The notes under the pieces were generated by a model. The model did no database searches. It was not told the DNA's origin and worked only from the letters and a program-made list of their open reading frames with translations. Shown in pieces: positions 1 to 9,224 of a DNA stretch of 42,274 bases; position 1 is the stretch's first letter; every line of letters begins with the position of its first letter. The DNA is from a virus. Lineage: Duplodnaviria; Caudoviricetes. The stretch covers positions 1 through 42,274 of the IMG/VR virus record IMGVR_UViG_3300025635_000045. One strand, 5' to 3'. The position numbers and the translations under genes are program-made.

Positions 1-164
1 CAGTACAACGCGCCGAGCATCAACGCCGCCCCCGTGGGGGACTACACTTATAACAGCAGCGCATTGGCAAACCAGAACTACAACACGCAGATGCAGCAAC
101 AGAACGCCGCTATGGGTGGCATGTTTGGACTCGGGCAGGCTGGCCTCTTGGGCGGCATGAAATA
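1..164. repeat. Terminal direct repeat, left copy (imperfect; partner 42111-42274)
   Basis: Aligns ungapped to 42111-42274 with 23 mismatches; 67-144 (78 bp) identical. Confidence 0.95.
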
Positions 165-405
165 CGCGCCGCAGATAGCGGAAGCGGCAAAGCTCTTGCC
201 ATTCATGTCCGACCGCCGCCTGAAACGCGACATCATCGACCTTGGCATCAAACTCGTTAATGGCTTGAAGCTCTACGCATACAAATACCTTTGGGATGAC
301 ATCCCCCGCGTTGGCGTGATGGCTGACGAGGTGCTGGCGGTCAATCCCGCCGCTGTGTTCACGGTCAACGGCTTCTACGCTGTTGACTACAGGAGCGCGC
401 TGTAA
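1..405 (+). CDS. 3' part of virion DNA-ejection/pilot-like protein with C-terminal peptidase S74 (intramolecular chaperone) domain; continues the gene starting at 41400
   Basis: Frame 1 reads QYNAPSINAA... in register with the 41400 ORF across the terminal repeat; SDRRLK motif, GVMADEV and YAVDY typical of S74. Confidence 0.8.
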   Translation, partial: QYNAPSINAAPVGDYTYNSSALANQNYNTQMQQQNAAMGGMFGLGQAGLLGGMKYAPQIAEAAKLLPFMSDRRLKRDIIDLGIKLVNGLKLYAYKYLWDDIPRVGVMADEVLAVNPAAVFTVNGFYAVDYRSAL

Positions 406-2078
406 TGGCCCTGCTGTCCGACGCAATGGGCGTCAAGAACAAGTATCTGCAAGCCCTTCTCCAAGAGGGCATGGATACCACGCCGATCAAATCGCCGTGG
501 CAGGGCGCGTCACGGCTCGCCCATGCGCTGCTGGGCGGGTTGGAGATGCGGGACCAGGACAATCAGGTGAGGGAGTTTGCGCGCGAACTTGCATCGCTGG
601 GGACTCCTAGCCAGCCGATGCCTAGCCAAACTCCTTCCGCCGCGCCCGGTCAGACACCACCCGCTGCGTCCCCAATGGTTGCGGCACTCACGCCCAAGGC
701 AAGCCGCGTCTATAGCGAAAGTGAGTTCAACCCGCTTGATGCAAAGGTTGCCACCCCTCAAGAGTTGGCGCACGGCGTGCCTAACATGGTGCCGGAACAG
801 TACCGCCCCGTTATGGGCAAGGCTGCGGTTGATAGTGACATCCCTGTCGATCTTCTGGCGCGGCAGACCAAACAGGAGTCAGGGTTTAATCCGAACGCCG
901 TCAGTCCTGCGGGCGCGCGCGGCATCTCTCAATTCATGCCGGGTACGGCCCGCGAAATGGGCATCAACCCGCAAGACCCCAACCAGGCGATCCCGGCGCA
1001 GGCGGCTTATCTTCGGCAGAACATAGATAAGTTCGGCGGCAGCGTTCCGCTCGGGTTGGCTGCGTACAACTGGGGGCCGGGCAACGTCCAGAACTGGCTC
1101 AAGGGTGGCGGCGACGTTTCCAAGATGCCCGCCGAGACGCAGGGCTATATCCGCAACATTGCCGGGCAGCAGCCGCAACAGGTCGCGCAGGCACCACAGC
1201 AGCCGGACATTAACACGCGCATTAACACGATGCTGAAATCCAATAACCCACAGATTAGGGAATTGGGCACGAATTTGCGGCTTGACCAGGTAAAGCAGCA
1301 ATTAAAGCCGGCGGAATGGGACATCAGCGCGCGAAAGGATGGCGCTGTGCAAGCAGTCAATAAGCACAACCCGAATGACATCCGCATTTTCATGCCGCCG
1401 GGGCGCGATCAACAGTTGATCGACTTCGACGCCAAAAGAGACGCCACGGTTAAGGTTGCCGTCACCAAGGCCGAACGCGAAGCGCGGGACGCCATGCCAG
1501 CCTCGTTTGAGGATACTGCGAAAGTGCGCGCGGAAATCCGGTCGCTCCCGAGCTACAAGAACATCTCGGAGGCTGCGCCGATCTACAAGTCCATGTTGGA
1601 CACAGCAGGCCGAAACTCAAGGGCATCCGACCTCAACCTTGTTTATGGCCTTGGCAAAATCTTTGACCCCGGCTCTGTCGTCCGCGAAGGCGAGATGATC
1701 ATGGTCAAGAACACTGCTTCGCTATCCGATTGGTTGGTTGGCACCATCAATTCGCTCAACGGCGGCGCGGCGCTCACGCCGGAAACCCGAAAGGCGATTT
1801 TGACTGAAGCGCATAACCGGATGCAGTCGTACCAGCAGTTGTTCGATCAGGAGTCCGCCATGTACCGCAACATGGCTGTTGAAAACCGGATGAAGCCGGA
1901 ACACGTTATCCCGCAGTTCGGCCCGTTCAATCCATGGGAGCCACCGCCGCCCGCCGCGCCCGCCGCAGGTGCTGCACCTGCCGCTACCGTGAAGCCAACG
2001 CAGAGCGCGGCCCCGACAGGCGTTGATCCCAAGGTGTGGGCGGCTATGACGCCGCAAGAGCGCGCCCTATGGAAATGA
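405..2078 (+). CDS. Virion ejection protein with lytic transglycosylase (SLT) domain
   Basis: QESGFNPNAVSPAGARGISQFMPGTA and LAAYNWGPGNV SLT motifs; position among ejection genes. Confidence 0.85.
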   Translation: MALLSDAMGVKNKYLQALLQEGMDTTPIKSPWQGASRLAHALLGGLEMRDQDNQVREFARELASLGTPSQPMPSQTPSAAPGQTPPAASPMVAALTPKASRVYSESEFNPLDAKVATPQELAHGVPNMVPEQYRPVMGKAAVDSDIPVDLLARQTKQESGFNPNAVSPAGARGISQFMPGTAREMGINPQDPNQAIPAQAAYLRQNIDKFGGSVPLGLAAYNWGPGNVQNWLKGGGDVSKMPAETQGYIRNIAGQQPQQVAQAPQQPDINTRINTMLKSNNPQIRELGTNLRLDQVKQQLKPAEWDISARKDGAVQAVNKHNPNDIRIFMPPGRDQQLIDFDAKRDATVKVAVTKAEREARDAMPASFEDTAKVRAEIRSLPSYKNISEAAPIYKSMLDTAGRNSRASDLNLVYGLGKIFDPGSVVREGEMIMVKNTASLSDWLVGTINSLNGGAALTPETRKAILTEAHNRMQSYQQLFDQESAMYRNMAVENRMKPEHVIPQFGPFNPWEPPPPAAPAAGAAPAATVKPTQSAAPTGVDPKVWAAMTPQERALWK

Positions 2079-4030
2079 CAATCGAGCAACAGCGCGCTAT
2101 TGCTCTGGCGACAGCGCGAGCGCGCCTTGCAGAACAGCAGGCTCCAACAACCGACGCTATGCCGTCAACGATGGACGGCTTCACCGTTGCTACGGCTGGC
2201 GTTGGTTTGCCAGAGGAAGTGCGGCGGATTGGGCGGGGCCTTGATACTATGGCCCGTACTGGTGCGAACGCACTGACGTTCGGTCTTGCTGACAAGTTCG
2301 CAGGCGGCATGGATGCCCTCACCGGGGCTGCGCCATCCTATGACGAGGGAGTGAAGGCGCAGCGGGCGCAGACGCAGAAGGCGCGCGAGGATGACCCCGG
2401 CGCGGCGGTTGTCGGTGAACTAGCTGGCGGCGTTGCTGGTGGTGCTGGTCTTATTAAAAGCGGCGTTACACTAGCCGGTCGCGTTGGCCCGAAATTGTTG
2501 CCGCGAGTGCTGGGGTATGGGCTGGAGGGTGGGGCCTATGGCGCGGCGCACGGGGCTGGAAACACTTATTCCGATAAGCCGCAGGACTACGTTGATAACG
2601 CCAAAAAAGGGGCCTCTTTTGGTGCTGCTGTTGGTGCCGGATTGCCGGTCGCCGGCACGGTCGCCAGCGGCGTCTATAGAACGGGTTCCGCGTTCCTCGG
2701 TCCGCGCGTTGCTGACACTTCGCGAGGGGCGTCAGCGATGCTCAGGGCAGCGGCACAGGCTGACGAGACGGGGATTCGCAATCTTCCACAGATGGGCGGC
2801 GCGGCGATGTTGCCGGATGCCGGTCCAGCGATGCTCGGCCTTGCACAAGGCGCTGGAACTGGGACGGGGCAGGGCCGTAGCCGGCTTGTAAACGCACTGA
2901 CGACGCGCGAACAGCAGACCGGCCCTCGGTTGGCTCGCTCGCTCGATGACAACCTTGGGCCGGCTCCGGTTCCCTCGCAGATAGAGGACGGGCTTGAGGC
3001 GTCTCGCCAAGCGGTCCGCTTGCAATACGCGCCCGCGATTGCAAGCGGACGCGCTGTTAACACGCAACAACTGGCGAACGCCCTCGACGTTGCCGCGACC
3101 AACCTTCGCGGGCCGGCGCAGCGGGCGGTTCGCCAAGTTCGCGAGATGCTTGATGTGGCGGGTGCCCCCGGTAATCTCGACCCCCACCCCGGCGTCCTGC
3201 ACAACACACGCCAAGCCATTGACGGATTGCTGGCAACAGAAACAAACCCACAAACAATCGGCGCCCTAACGATGGCTCGGCGGGCCGTTGATGCGGAATT
3301 GGGGCGGGCTGTTCCCGGCATCAAGGCCGTAGATGCACAGTTTAGTGAACTATCACGTCAGTCGGGCGGGCTGGCTCGCGGCTCGCAGATATTGGACACC
3401 GGAAAGACAGCGATCCGCCCTGACGAACTTGCTCAAGAGATTTCAATGGCCGCCCGCCCGCAGGGGCAGATGGTCGGCCCGTCTGCCGTGCCGGTAAGAA
3501 TGCGCCAGGGCTTGCGCGCTGAAGTGGACCGCGTTGTTGGGACACAGGTTAACGACCTCGGTGCGCTAGAGCGGACGCTTGCAACGCCACGCGACTGGAA
3601 TCAGCAGAAGATGGCGCAAATGTTTGGTGACGCGCCAACAGCTGCTGTTGCCAAGGCGCTGATGGACAACCGGACTTTCCGCAACACCTATCAGAAGGTC
3701 GTTGAAAATTCGCAGACAGCGCAGCGTGTTGGTGCGGCTAAGGCGATGGATGGCGCGGCGGGCGGCAATATCCCGCAAGACCTGACGATGACTAGCCTTG
3801 GGCTTCGGGCGCTAAATGCCGTGGCGAAGGCAATCTCCGGCGCGAGTGGCGCACAAACCAAAGACGAAATCGGTCGGGTTTTGTCGGCACAGGGGCCGCG
3901 AGTTAATCAGATCGCACAAGAGCTTTTGCGGTCAGCTCAGACCGCAAGCCAGAACTCTAGCACCCTCGCTCGGGTTCTTTCTGCACCTCAGTTGATTGGT
4001 GCATCTTCGCCTGCCGCCGGTCGCAAATGA
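2075..4030 (+). CDS. Large Ala/Gly-rich internal virion (DNA transfer) protein
   Basis: ATGA overlap with the upstream stop; Gly/Ala-rich hydrophobic stretches; synteny with podovirus ejection proteins. Confidence 0.7.
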   Translation: MTIEQQRAIALATARARLAEQQAPTTDAMPSTMDGFTVATAGVGLPEEVRRIGRGLDTMARTGANALTFGLADKFAGGMDALTGAAPSYDEGVKAQRAQTQKAREDDPGAAVVGELAGGVAGGAGLIKSGVTLAGRVGPKLLPRVLGYGLEGGAYGAAHGAGNTYSDKPQDYVDNAKKGASFGAAVGAGLPVAGTVASGVYRTGSAFLGPRVADTSRGASAMLRAAAQADETGIRNLPQMGGAAMLPDAGPAMLGLAQGAGTGTGQGRSRLVNALTTREQQTGPRLARSLDDNLGPAPVPSQIEDGLEASRQAVRLQYAPAIASGRAVNTQQLANALDVAATNLRGPAQRAVRQVREMLDVAGAPGNLDPHPGVLHNTRQAIDGLLATETNPQTIGALTMARRAVDAELGRAVPGIKAVDAQFSELSRQSGGLARGSQILDTGKTAIRPDELAQEISMAARPQGQMVGPSAVPVRMRQGLRAEVDRVVGTQVNDLGALERTLATPRDWNQQKMAQMFGDAPTAAVAKALMDNRTFRNTYQKVVENSQTAQRVGAAKAMDGAAGGNIPQDLTMTSLGLRALNAVAKAISGASGAQTKDEIGRVLSAQGPRVNQIAQELLRSAQTASQNSSTLARVLSAPQLIGASSPAAGRK

Positions 4031-4157
4031 CGGCGAACATGATGCAGGCACCAATCCAGATCACCACGGCCCAGTCGCTATCGGCCCAGGCGAGCCACTG
4101 CTTGGCGAGCCAATAGACAAGTAATCCCAGAGCCGTAACGGAAACAAACTGTGTCAT
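3957..4157 (-). CDS. Small two-TM membrane protein, antisense to the structural operon (moron-like)
   Basis: GGAGGG RBS before ATG; two hydrophobic segments. Confidence 0.55.
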   Translation of the reverse strand: MTQFVSVTALGLLVYWLAKQWLAWADSDWAVVIWIGACIMFAVICDRRQAKMHQSTEVQKEPERGC

Positions 4158-4160
4158 CCG

Positions 4161-4190
4161 ACTCGCCCTCCGTGGCGGGTTTTCTATTTA
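4161..4190 (+). terminator. Probable intrinsic terminator
   Basis: ACTCGCC-CTCCGT-GGCGGGT stem-loop followed by TTTCTATTT. Confidence 0.55.
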
Positions 4191-4202
4191 GAGGATACCA
4201 CC

Positions 4203-5291
4203 TTGGCATACAACGGCTCAGGAACCTTTGTCCGCGTTCATTCGTGGGCAACGGACAAGACAAATACGGTTCCCGTCACCGCATCCCGCATGGACAGCGA
4301 GGATGACGGCTTTGCCACGGGCCTGTCCAACGCGATCTGCCGTGATGGTCAAAGCACGACAACGCTCAGGATACCGTTTGCAGCCGGTACGTCCGCATTT
4401 TCCGGTGCCTTGTCCGGCGTGTCCTATTCCGCGACGAACGACGCGAACACCGGCCTTTACTTCCCCGCTGCGGATCAGTGGGGGCTTGTTGCTGGCGGGA
4501 CGGCGACCATTACCAGCACGGCTACTGCCGTAACTGTCCCGGTCACGATGACGGTCACGGGTGCCGGGTCATTCAGCAGCACGCTTGCGGCAGCCGGAAA
4601 TTTCGCGGTCAACACCGACAAGTTCACTGTAGCGGCGGCGTCTGGAAATACCGCTGTCGGCGGCACGCTTGCCGTGACAGGGGCGACAACGCTCAGCGCG
4701 GCCCTCACTGTTTCGACGGGCGGCGCTGCGGTCACGGGCAACTCGACCATCACCGGCACGTTCGGAGTGTCGTCTGACTTCGCCGTGGCCACCAACAAAT
4801 TCACGGTCACTGCCGCATCGGGCAATACCCTGATCGCAGGAACGGCATCTGTCACGGGCGATGTCGCGGTCAACACCAACAAGTTCACCGTGACTGCGGC
4901 CAGCGGCAACACGGCGATTGCCGGAACGCTTGCAGTTACCGGCGCGTCAACACTGACTGGTGCGGTAACGGCGAACAATTCTGCGGGCATCACCGGGCGT
5001 AACACCGTCAAGGCGTTTGGCAAGGTCATCAACGGAACGCTTCAATCTGGAGGTTTCAACGTCGCGTCCGTCACCGATGTCGGCATTGACCACGATGTCG
5101 CTTTTTCCTCTGCGATGGCGAACACGAATTACGTAGTCTTAATTACGCTCGACGGCACGAACGCAAACGTATCAATCACCCTCTCATATACAGACGTTTT
5201 AACGACCGGCTTCACCGTGAACGGCTACATCGCAGCGGTCGGTGCGGTCGACCCGGACAGTTACTCATTCATGGTCCTGTCGAACGAATAA
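4203..5291 (+). CDS. Tail fibre protein 1
   Basis: TTG start with GAGGA RBS; Thr/Gly/Ala-rich; three internal repeats AV(N/A)T(D/N)KFTV(A/T)AASGNT; N-terminal anchor similar to the next gene. Confidence 0.7.
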   Translation: MAYNGSGTFVRVHSWATDKTNTVPVTASRMDSEDDGFATGLSNAICRDGQSTTTLRIPFAAGTSAFSGALSGVSYSATNDANTGLYFPAADQWGLVAGGTATITSTATAVTVPVTMTVTGAGSFSSTLAAAGNFAVNTDKFTVAAASGNTAVGGTLAVTGATTLSAALTVSTGGAAVTGNSTITGTFGVSSDFAVATNKFTVTAASGNTLIAGTASVTGDVAVNTNKFTVTAASGNTAIAGTLAVTGASTLTGAVTANNSAGITGRNTVKAFGKVINGTLQSGGFNVASVTDVGIDHDVAFSSAMANTNYVVLITLDGTNANVSITLSYTDVLTTGFTVNGYIAAVGAVDPDSYSFMVLSNE

Positions 5292-5294
5292 CTG

Positions 5295-6332
5295 ATGGCA
5301 TTTTCCGGCGACACGTTCACCCGGCTCTATAGCTGGCTGACCGACCCGCAACGAAACGAGAAGATATTCAACTCCCGTCTGGATGACGAGTTCGGCGGCA
5401 TCGCCACTGGCCTAAGCCAACTCGCCGCGCGTGAACACGACAACGCGCATCTGGCCGATATGGCCGACTCGACCATCAAGGGGCGGGCTGCGGGTGGCGG
5501 GACCGGCGACCCGCAAGACCTGACGGCAACTCAAGTCAGAACAATCATAGAGGTCCGCGAAAAACTCAGCGCGGCCCGCACGTACTACGTCAGAACAGAC
5601 GGATCGGACAGCAACACAGGGCTGGCCAACACTTCCGGCGGCGCGTTTCTGACAATACAGAAGGCGTGGGATGTCATTGTAGGAACCCTCGATCTTGGCG
5701 GGCAGGCCGTCACGGTGCAGATCGCAGACGGCACCTACACGGGAGGGCTGGCGGCTTCCGTCCCGTGGATGGGCGGTGGGGCCGTAACAATCCAAGGCAA
5801 CAGCGGTACGCCTGCGAACGTCATAGTCAGCACGACGAGCGCGAATGCGTTCCTGTTTTCAACCGTCAATCCCGGCGTGGTGACAGTCAAAGATTTGAAA
5901 ATCACCACGACGACTTCAGGGGTTGCGCTGCGCGGGTCGAACAGCGCGCGTATCGAGTTCACCAACCTCGACTTCGGCGCGTGCGCTGGCGGCCATATCC
6001 GCGCGGAGGGCGGCGCGGCCATTACGGCGGCGGGTAATTATGCTGTGTCGGGCGCTCCAAGTGCGTACCACTGGCAGGCCACGCAAAGCGGCTTGATCGT
6101 GATGACGAGCAAGACGCTGACGATTTCCAACACCCCGGCTTGGCCCGTTGCATTTGCCTCCTCCAGTTCGACCGGAGTGATTACGACATACAACAACACG
6201 TATTCCGGGTCGTCTACCGGGTCACGATACTCAGCCGTTCAGAACGGCGTGATCGACGTGTCCGGTGCTGGCGCTTCGGCGCTTCCGGGCAATTCCGCTG
6301 GTTCGACCGCAACAGGAGGCCAGTATGGCTAA
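5295..6332 (+). CDS. Tail fibre/spike protein 2 (probable beta-helix)
   Basis: TYYVRTDGSDSNTG...AFLTIQKA and VTVQIADGTY motifs typical of pectin-lyase-like fibre proteins. Confidence 0.7.
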   Translation: MAFSGDTFTRLYSWLTDPQRNEKIFNSRLDDEFGGIATGLSQLAAREHDNAHLADMADSTIKGRAAGGGTGDPQDLTATQVRTIIEVREKLSAARTYYVRTDGSDSNTGLANTSGGAFLTIQKAWDVIVGTLDLGGQAVTVQIADGTYTGGLAASVPWMGGGAVTIQGNSGTPANVIVSTTSANAFLFSTVNPGVVTVKDLKITTTTSGVALRGSNSARIEFTNLDFGACAGGHIRAEGGAAITAAGNYAVSGAPSAYHWQATQSGLIVMTSKTLTISNTPAWPVAFASSSSTGVITTYNNTYSGSSTGSRYSAVQNGVIDVSGAGASALPGNSAGSTATGGQYG

Positions 6333-6696
6333 AGAAACATTCAACCCGCACGATTGGTACTGGACCGTCAACGGAGATACGAGCCGCGTGTTTTCAAGCG
6401 CGGTCGGCGAGTTCGTTGCAACAAACGACGCGGCGTATCTTGCTTGGACGGCGGACGGCACGCCGCCAACCCGGATCGCCAACACAGCAGAACTGGGCGA
6501 GGTGCTTGCCCCGTATCGGATCAGGCCAGGGAACGCGCAGGTGCTAGACGGATACAAAGAGGAACACTCCCGAAAGCTCACTGTCGAACTTGCAGCTAAA
6601 ATCCTGCTGTGGTGCGTCAACGAGATACGGGCATTGAAGGGGCAATCATCGCTCAGCGCCGCTCAGTTTCGGGCCTTCCTCAAGGATCAGGTCTGA
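6325..6696 (+). CDS. Probable tail fibre assembly/accessory protein
   Basis: GGAGG RBS, start overlaps the fibre stop; position directly after the fibre. Confidence 0.55.
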   Translation: MAKETFNPHDWYWTVNGDTSRVFSSAVGEFVATNDAAYLAWTADGTPPTRIANTAELGEVLAPYRIRPGNAQVLDGYKEEHSRKLTVELAAKILLWCVNEIRALKGQSSLSAAQFRAFLKDQV

Positions 6697-6797
6697 TGCG
6701 CCTCCTCCTCAAGAAACTCATCTTGTGGGCCTTGGCCGCTGACGGCCCGCCCGTTCACGATCCTGCTGGCCTTGATCGTATTGCGCGGCAACCGTGA
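6696..6797 (+). CDS. Small hypothetical protein (33 aa)
   Basis: Coupled to neighbours by TGATG and GTGA overlaps. Confidence 0.45.
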   Translation: MRLLLKKLILWALAADGPPVHDPAGLDRIARQP

Positions 6798-6919
6798 TCC
6801 AACGCGCTCTGGCTTGTCTGTACCTCGCGTTTATCCCGCTTCTGTTCTGGCTCTGGTTCAACACGGGCGCTGTGTTCGGGCATAGCAACCCGTGGCTTCT
6901 GTCGTGGATACCGGGTTAG
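6794..6919 (+). pseudogene. Stranded 5' end (signal-peptide-like, 41 aa) of the secreted Cys-rich protein gene, truncated by the HNH cassette
   Basis: MIQRALACLYLAFIPLLFWLWFNTGAVFGHSNPWLLSWIPG*; ends in TGGATACCGG, which recurs in the same frame at 7589-7598. Confidence 0.65.
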
Positions 6920-7470
6920 CGGCGGGTCCGCCGAGTATTGTTCATCTGTTCGGTTTGCGTTGCCCACTTGCAGTTGGAGGGTTCGTAATTGCCGTCATTG
7001 TTTGTGCGTTCGATGGAAAGTCCGCGTCTCTCGCGGCGTCCCATATCTTCGATAAAACACTCAAACCCAGACTTCCCGTTCTCGCCGTAGCGCCATCTGT
7101 TGCAAACGCGTATCCCCCGAGCGCCGTAGTAATTGAAGCGACTTGATCCCTGGTTATGGCAGCGCCGTATCATTTCGCTCCATACGCTGTATTCCGGCGC
7201 GCGGCTAAGACCGTGGGTGAGTTTGTGTCGGCGGAATCGTGCTGGCATTTGCCGAAATCGTTCGGCGGCCTTTTCTGCGCTTAGGCACCCGCACGATTGT
7301 ATTTTTTCTGCTGTCAGATGGCAGGCAAGGACTGTCTTTTCCTTGCCGCAGTCACATTGGCACCGCCATCGGACCATGAGGCGGCCACTTTGGCCTACCG
7401 GGACCGACTCGTAATCAAGTGCGACGAGACGGCCAAATCTTCTGTCACTGAGATTGGAAATTGTTGGCAT
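6916..7470 (-). CDS. Free-standing HNH homing endonuclease
   Basis: GGAG RBS before MPTISNLSDRRFGRL; WRCQCDCG; MIRRCHN..YYGARGIRVCNRW; SIERTNNDGNYEPSNCKWATQTEQMNN. Confidence 0.85.
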   Translation of the reverse strand: MPTISNLSDRRFGRLVALDYESVPVGQSGRLMVRWRCQCDCGKEKTVLACHLTAEKIQSCGCLSAEKAAERFRQMPARFRRHKLTHGLSRAPEYSVWSEMIRRCHNQGSSRFNYYGARGIRVCNRWRYGENGKSGFECFIEDMGRRERRGLSIERTNNDGNYEPSNCKWATQTEQMNNTRRTRR

Positions 7471-7834
7471 GAAACGCTCCGTTATAGCGTGGCTAATATG
7501 TGGTGCCACGACTGCTGTTTTGCTAGCGGCGTCATCGTTTAATCCGCTGTATTCACAGACCAAAGACGAAATCGAGTGGATGAAAACATGGATACCGGCG
7601 ACGTGCTGCTCGTCTAATTCATGCTGCTGGGAAATTCAGGAAAGCGAACTCAAGCCGCTTCCTGACGATAACTACGAAGTGAAATCGACCGGCCAAGTCC
7701 GCAAGCGAACCGACTGGTCGCCGGACGGAAAGCACTACCGCTGCGCCTGCGACTACGACGCGGCGTCTCGTCAGTGGATCAAACACCAAGGCGCGAACAC
7801 GCGCTGTCTGTTCATACCAATGAGAGGTTTCTAG
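7469..7834 (+). CDS. Secreted Cys-rich hypothetical protein
   Basis: Signal-peptide-like N-terminus; WIPATCCSSNSCC, SPDGKHYRCAC, TRCLFIP. Confidence 0.7.
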   Translation: MKRSVIAWLICGATTAVLLAASSFNPLYSQTKDEIEWMKTWIPATCCSSNSCCWEIQESELKPLPDDNYEVKSTGQVRKRTDWSPDGKHYRCACDYDAASRQWIKHQGANTRCLFIPMRGF

Positions 7835-7836
7835 CC

Positions 7837-7956
7837 ATGAAGGTACTCGATGCCATGCTCGCGGCTTACGACAAGGGGATCGACTTTATCGAAGCCCGCC
7901 CGCAGACCTCGTTCCTCATCTTCGTCGCGGTCCTGATCGCCGCGCTGGTGTTCTGA
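7837..7956 (+). CDS. Small membrane protein preceding the endolysin
   Basis: GAGG RBS; C-terminal TM; TGATG coupling to the endolysin. Confidence 0.55.
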   Translation: MKVLDAMLAAYDKGIDFIEARPQTSFLIFVAVLIAALVF

Positions 7957-8798
7957 TGGCTTGGACTTACGAGGCCACGCGGGCGGGGTATGACAATCTT
8001 TGGTTGTCCATCGCGATCAGCAATGTGTCCGGGGCCAACAAGTTCGCGCGCAAGATCATCGCGGGCGAAAAGCAATACCGCGCGGTCGAGGCGTCAACTG
8101 GCGTGCCGTGGTACTTCATCGGCCTGCTGCACATGCGGGAGTCGTCCAACAACTTCGATGGCGTCCTGCACAACGGCGAACACATCATCGGGACCGGACG
8201 CAAGACCACGCTGATTCCGAAGGGCAGGGGGCCGTTCGATACATGGTCTGAGGCTGCTATCGATGCCCTCAAATTGAAGGGCCTGCACAAGATCGGTTCA
8301 TGGCCTGTGTCGCGTATGGGCTACGAGGCCGAACGCTTCAACGGGCTTGGATATACGAATAAAGGTATAAACAGCCCGTACCTGTGGGCCGGATCGAACC
8401 ATCAACAGCCCGGCAAGTACGTCAAGGACGGCGTGTTCTCCAAGACCGCGACCGATACGCAGATGGGCGTGATGACCGTCCTCAAGCGGCTGTGCGAGCT
8501 GCGTCCTGACATCGCGGCACAGTTGGGTGGCGGCAAGCCTCGGGTTGAATACGAGCCAAAACCGGCGGCCAAGAGTAAGACCGTCATTGCGGAAATCGCG
8601 TCTCTGGTTTCCGTGGTCATCGCATGGATCGCTGAGAACCTTGGGTTCATCACCGACTGGCGGTTTATCTTGTTTGTGGTCGCCGCCGTGTCCGCGTTCG
8701 TCATCTATGAGCGCGTCAAACGCGGCGACATCGTGGGCTGGTTCAAGTCACCCGCGCCGGCACCCAAAAAGACCCGCAAGAAGGCCAAGCGCAAATGA
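7956..8798 (+). CDS. Endolysin (lysozyme-family) with C-terminal TM helices
   Basis: GVPWYFIGLLHMRESS, LHNGE, ERFNGLGY, SPYLWAGSN, GKYVKDG motifs; two hydrophobic helices and a basic tail. Confidence 0.85.
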   Translation: MAWTYEATRAGYDNLWLSIAISNVSGANKFARKIIAGEKQYRAVEASTGVPWYFIGLLHMRESSNNFDGVLHNGEHIIGTGRKTTLIPKGRGPFDTWSEAAIDALKLKGLHKIGSWPVSRMGYEAERFNGLGYTNKGINSPYLWAGSNHQQPGKYVKDGVFSKTATDTQMGVMTVLKRLCELRPDIAAQLGGGKPRVEYEPKPAAKSKTVIAEIASLVSVVIAWIAENLGFITDWRFILFVVAAVSAFVIYERVKRGDIVGWFKSPAPAPKKTRKKAKRK

Positions 8799-9160
8799 TC
8801 TGGGCGGCAATCAAGGGCGTGCTTGGCCTCGCGTCGAAGGGCCTAGACTTCTACCTCGCCAAGACTGACGGCGACGTGAAGAAGGCCATTGCGTTGATGG
8901 AGGCCGATAAGGTTCGGCTTCTCGCTCAGCGTGACGTGACGATTGCCGCAATGGGTTCGTGGGTTTGGTGGACAGGCTGGGCGCTGTTCGTGTTCCCGCT
9001 CGGCGTCTATTTCACTAAGGTCATTGTCTGGGACAAGGTTCTTGGACTTGGCGCGACCGACCCGCTAACGGGCTTTGTCCTCGAATGGTCCGGCTGGATC
9101 GTTCTCAGCATCTTCGGAATGCAGGTCGCAAACTCGATCATCAATCGGGTGTGGAAATGA
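8795..9160 (+). CDS. Holin-like membrane protein
   Basis: Multiple TM segments; directly after the endolysin with ATGA overlap. Confidence 0.6.
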   Translation: MIWAAIKGVLGLASKGLDFYLAKTDGDVKKAIALMEADKVRLLAQRDVTIAAMGSWVWWTGWALFVFPLGVYFTKVIVWDKVLGLGATDPLTGFVLEWSGWIVLSIFGMQVANSIINRVWK

Positions 9161-9224
9161 TCGAGGCGTTGCCGGTGCTGCTCATGGCCTTCGCGATCTG
9201 TTTCATCCCCCTGTTGGGGCGGCC

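Noticed and set aside
1-164. Diversity-generating retroelement TR/VR pair from the imperfect terminal repeats
   Set aside because: Mismatches are not adenine-specific, are largely synonymous, and no reverse transcriptase is encoded
6915-7588. Group I intron carrying the HNH
   Set aside because: The HNH ORF is antisense and fills almost the whole insert, leaving no room for a ribozyme core; the integrase insert is likewise filled by its ORF
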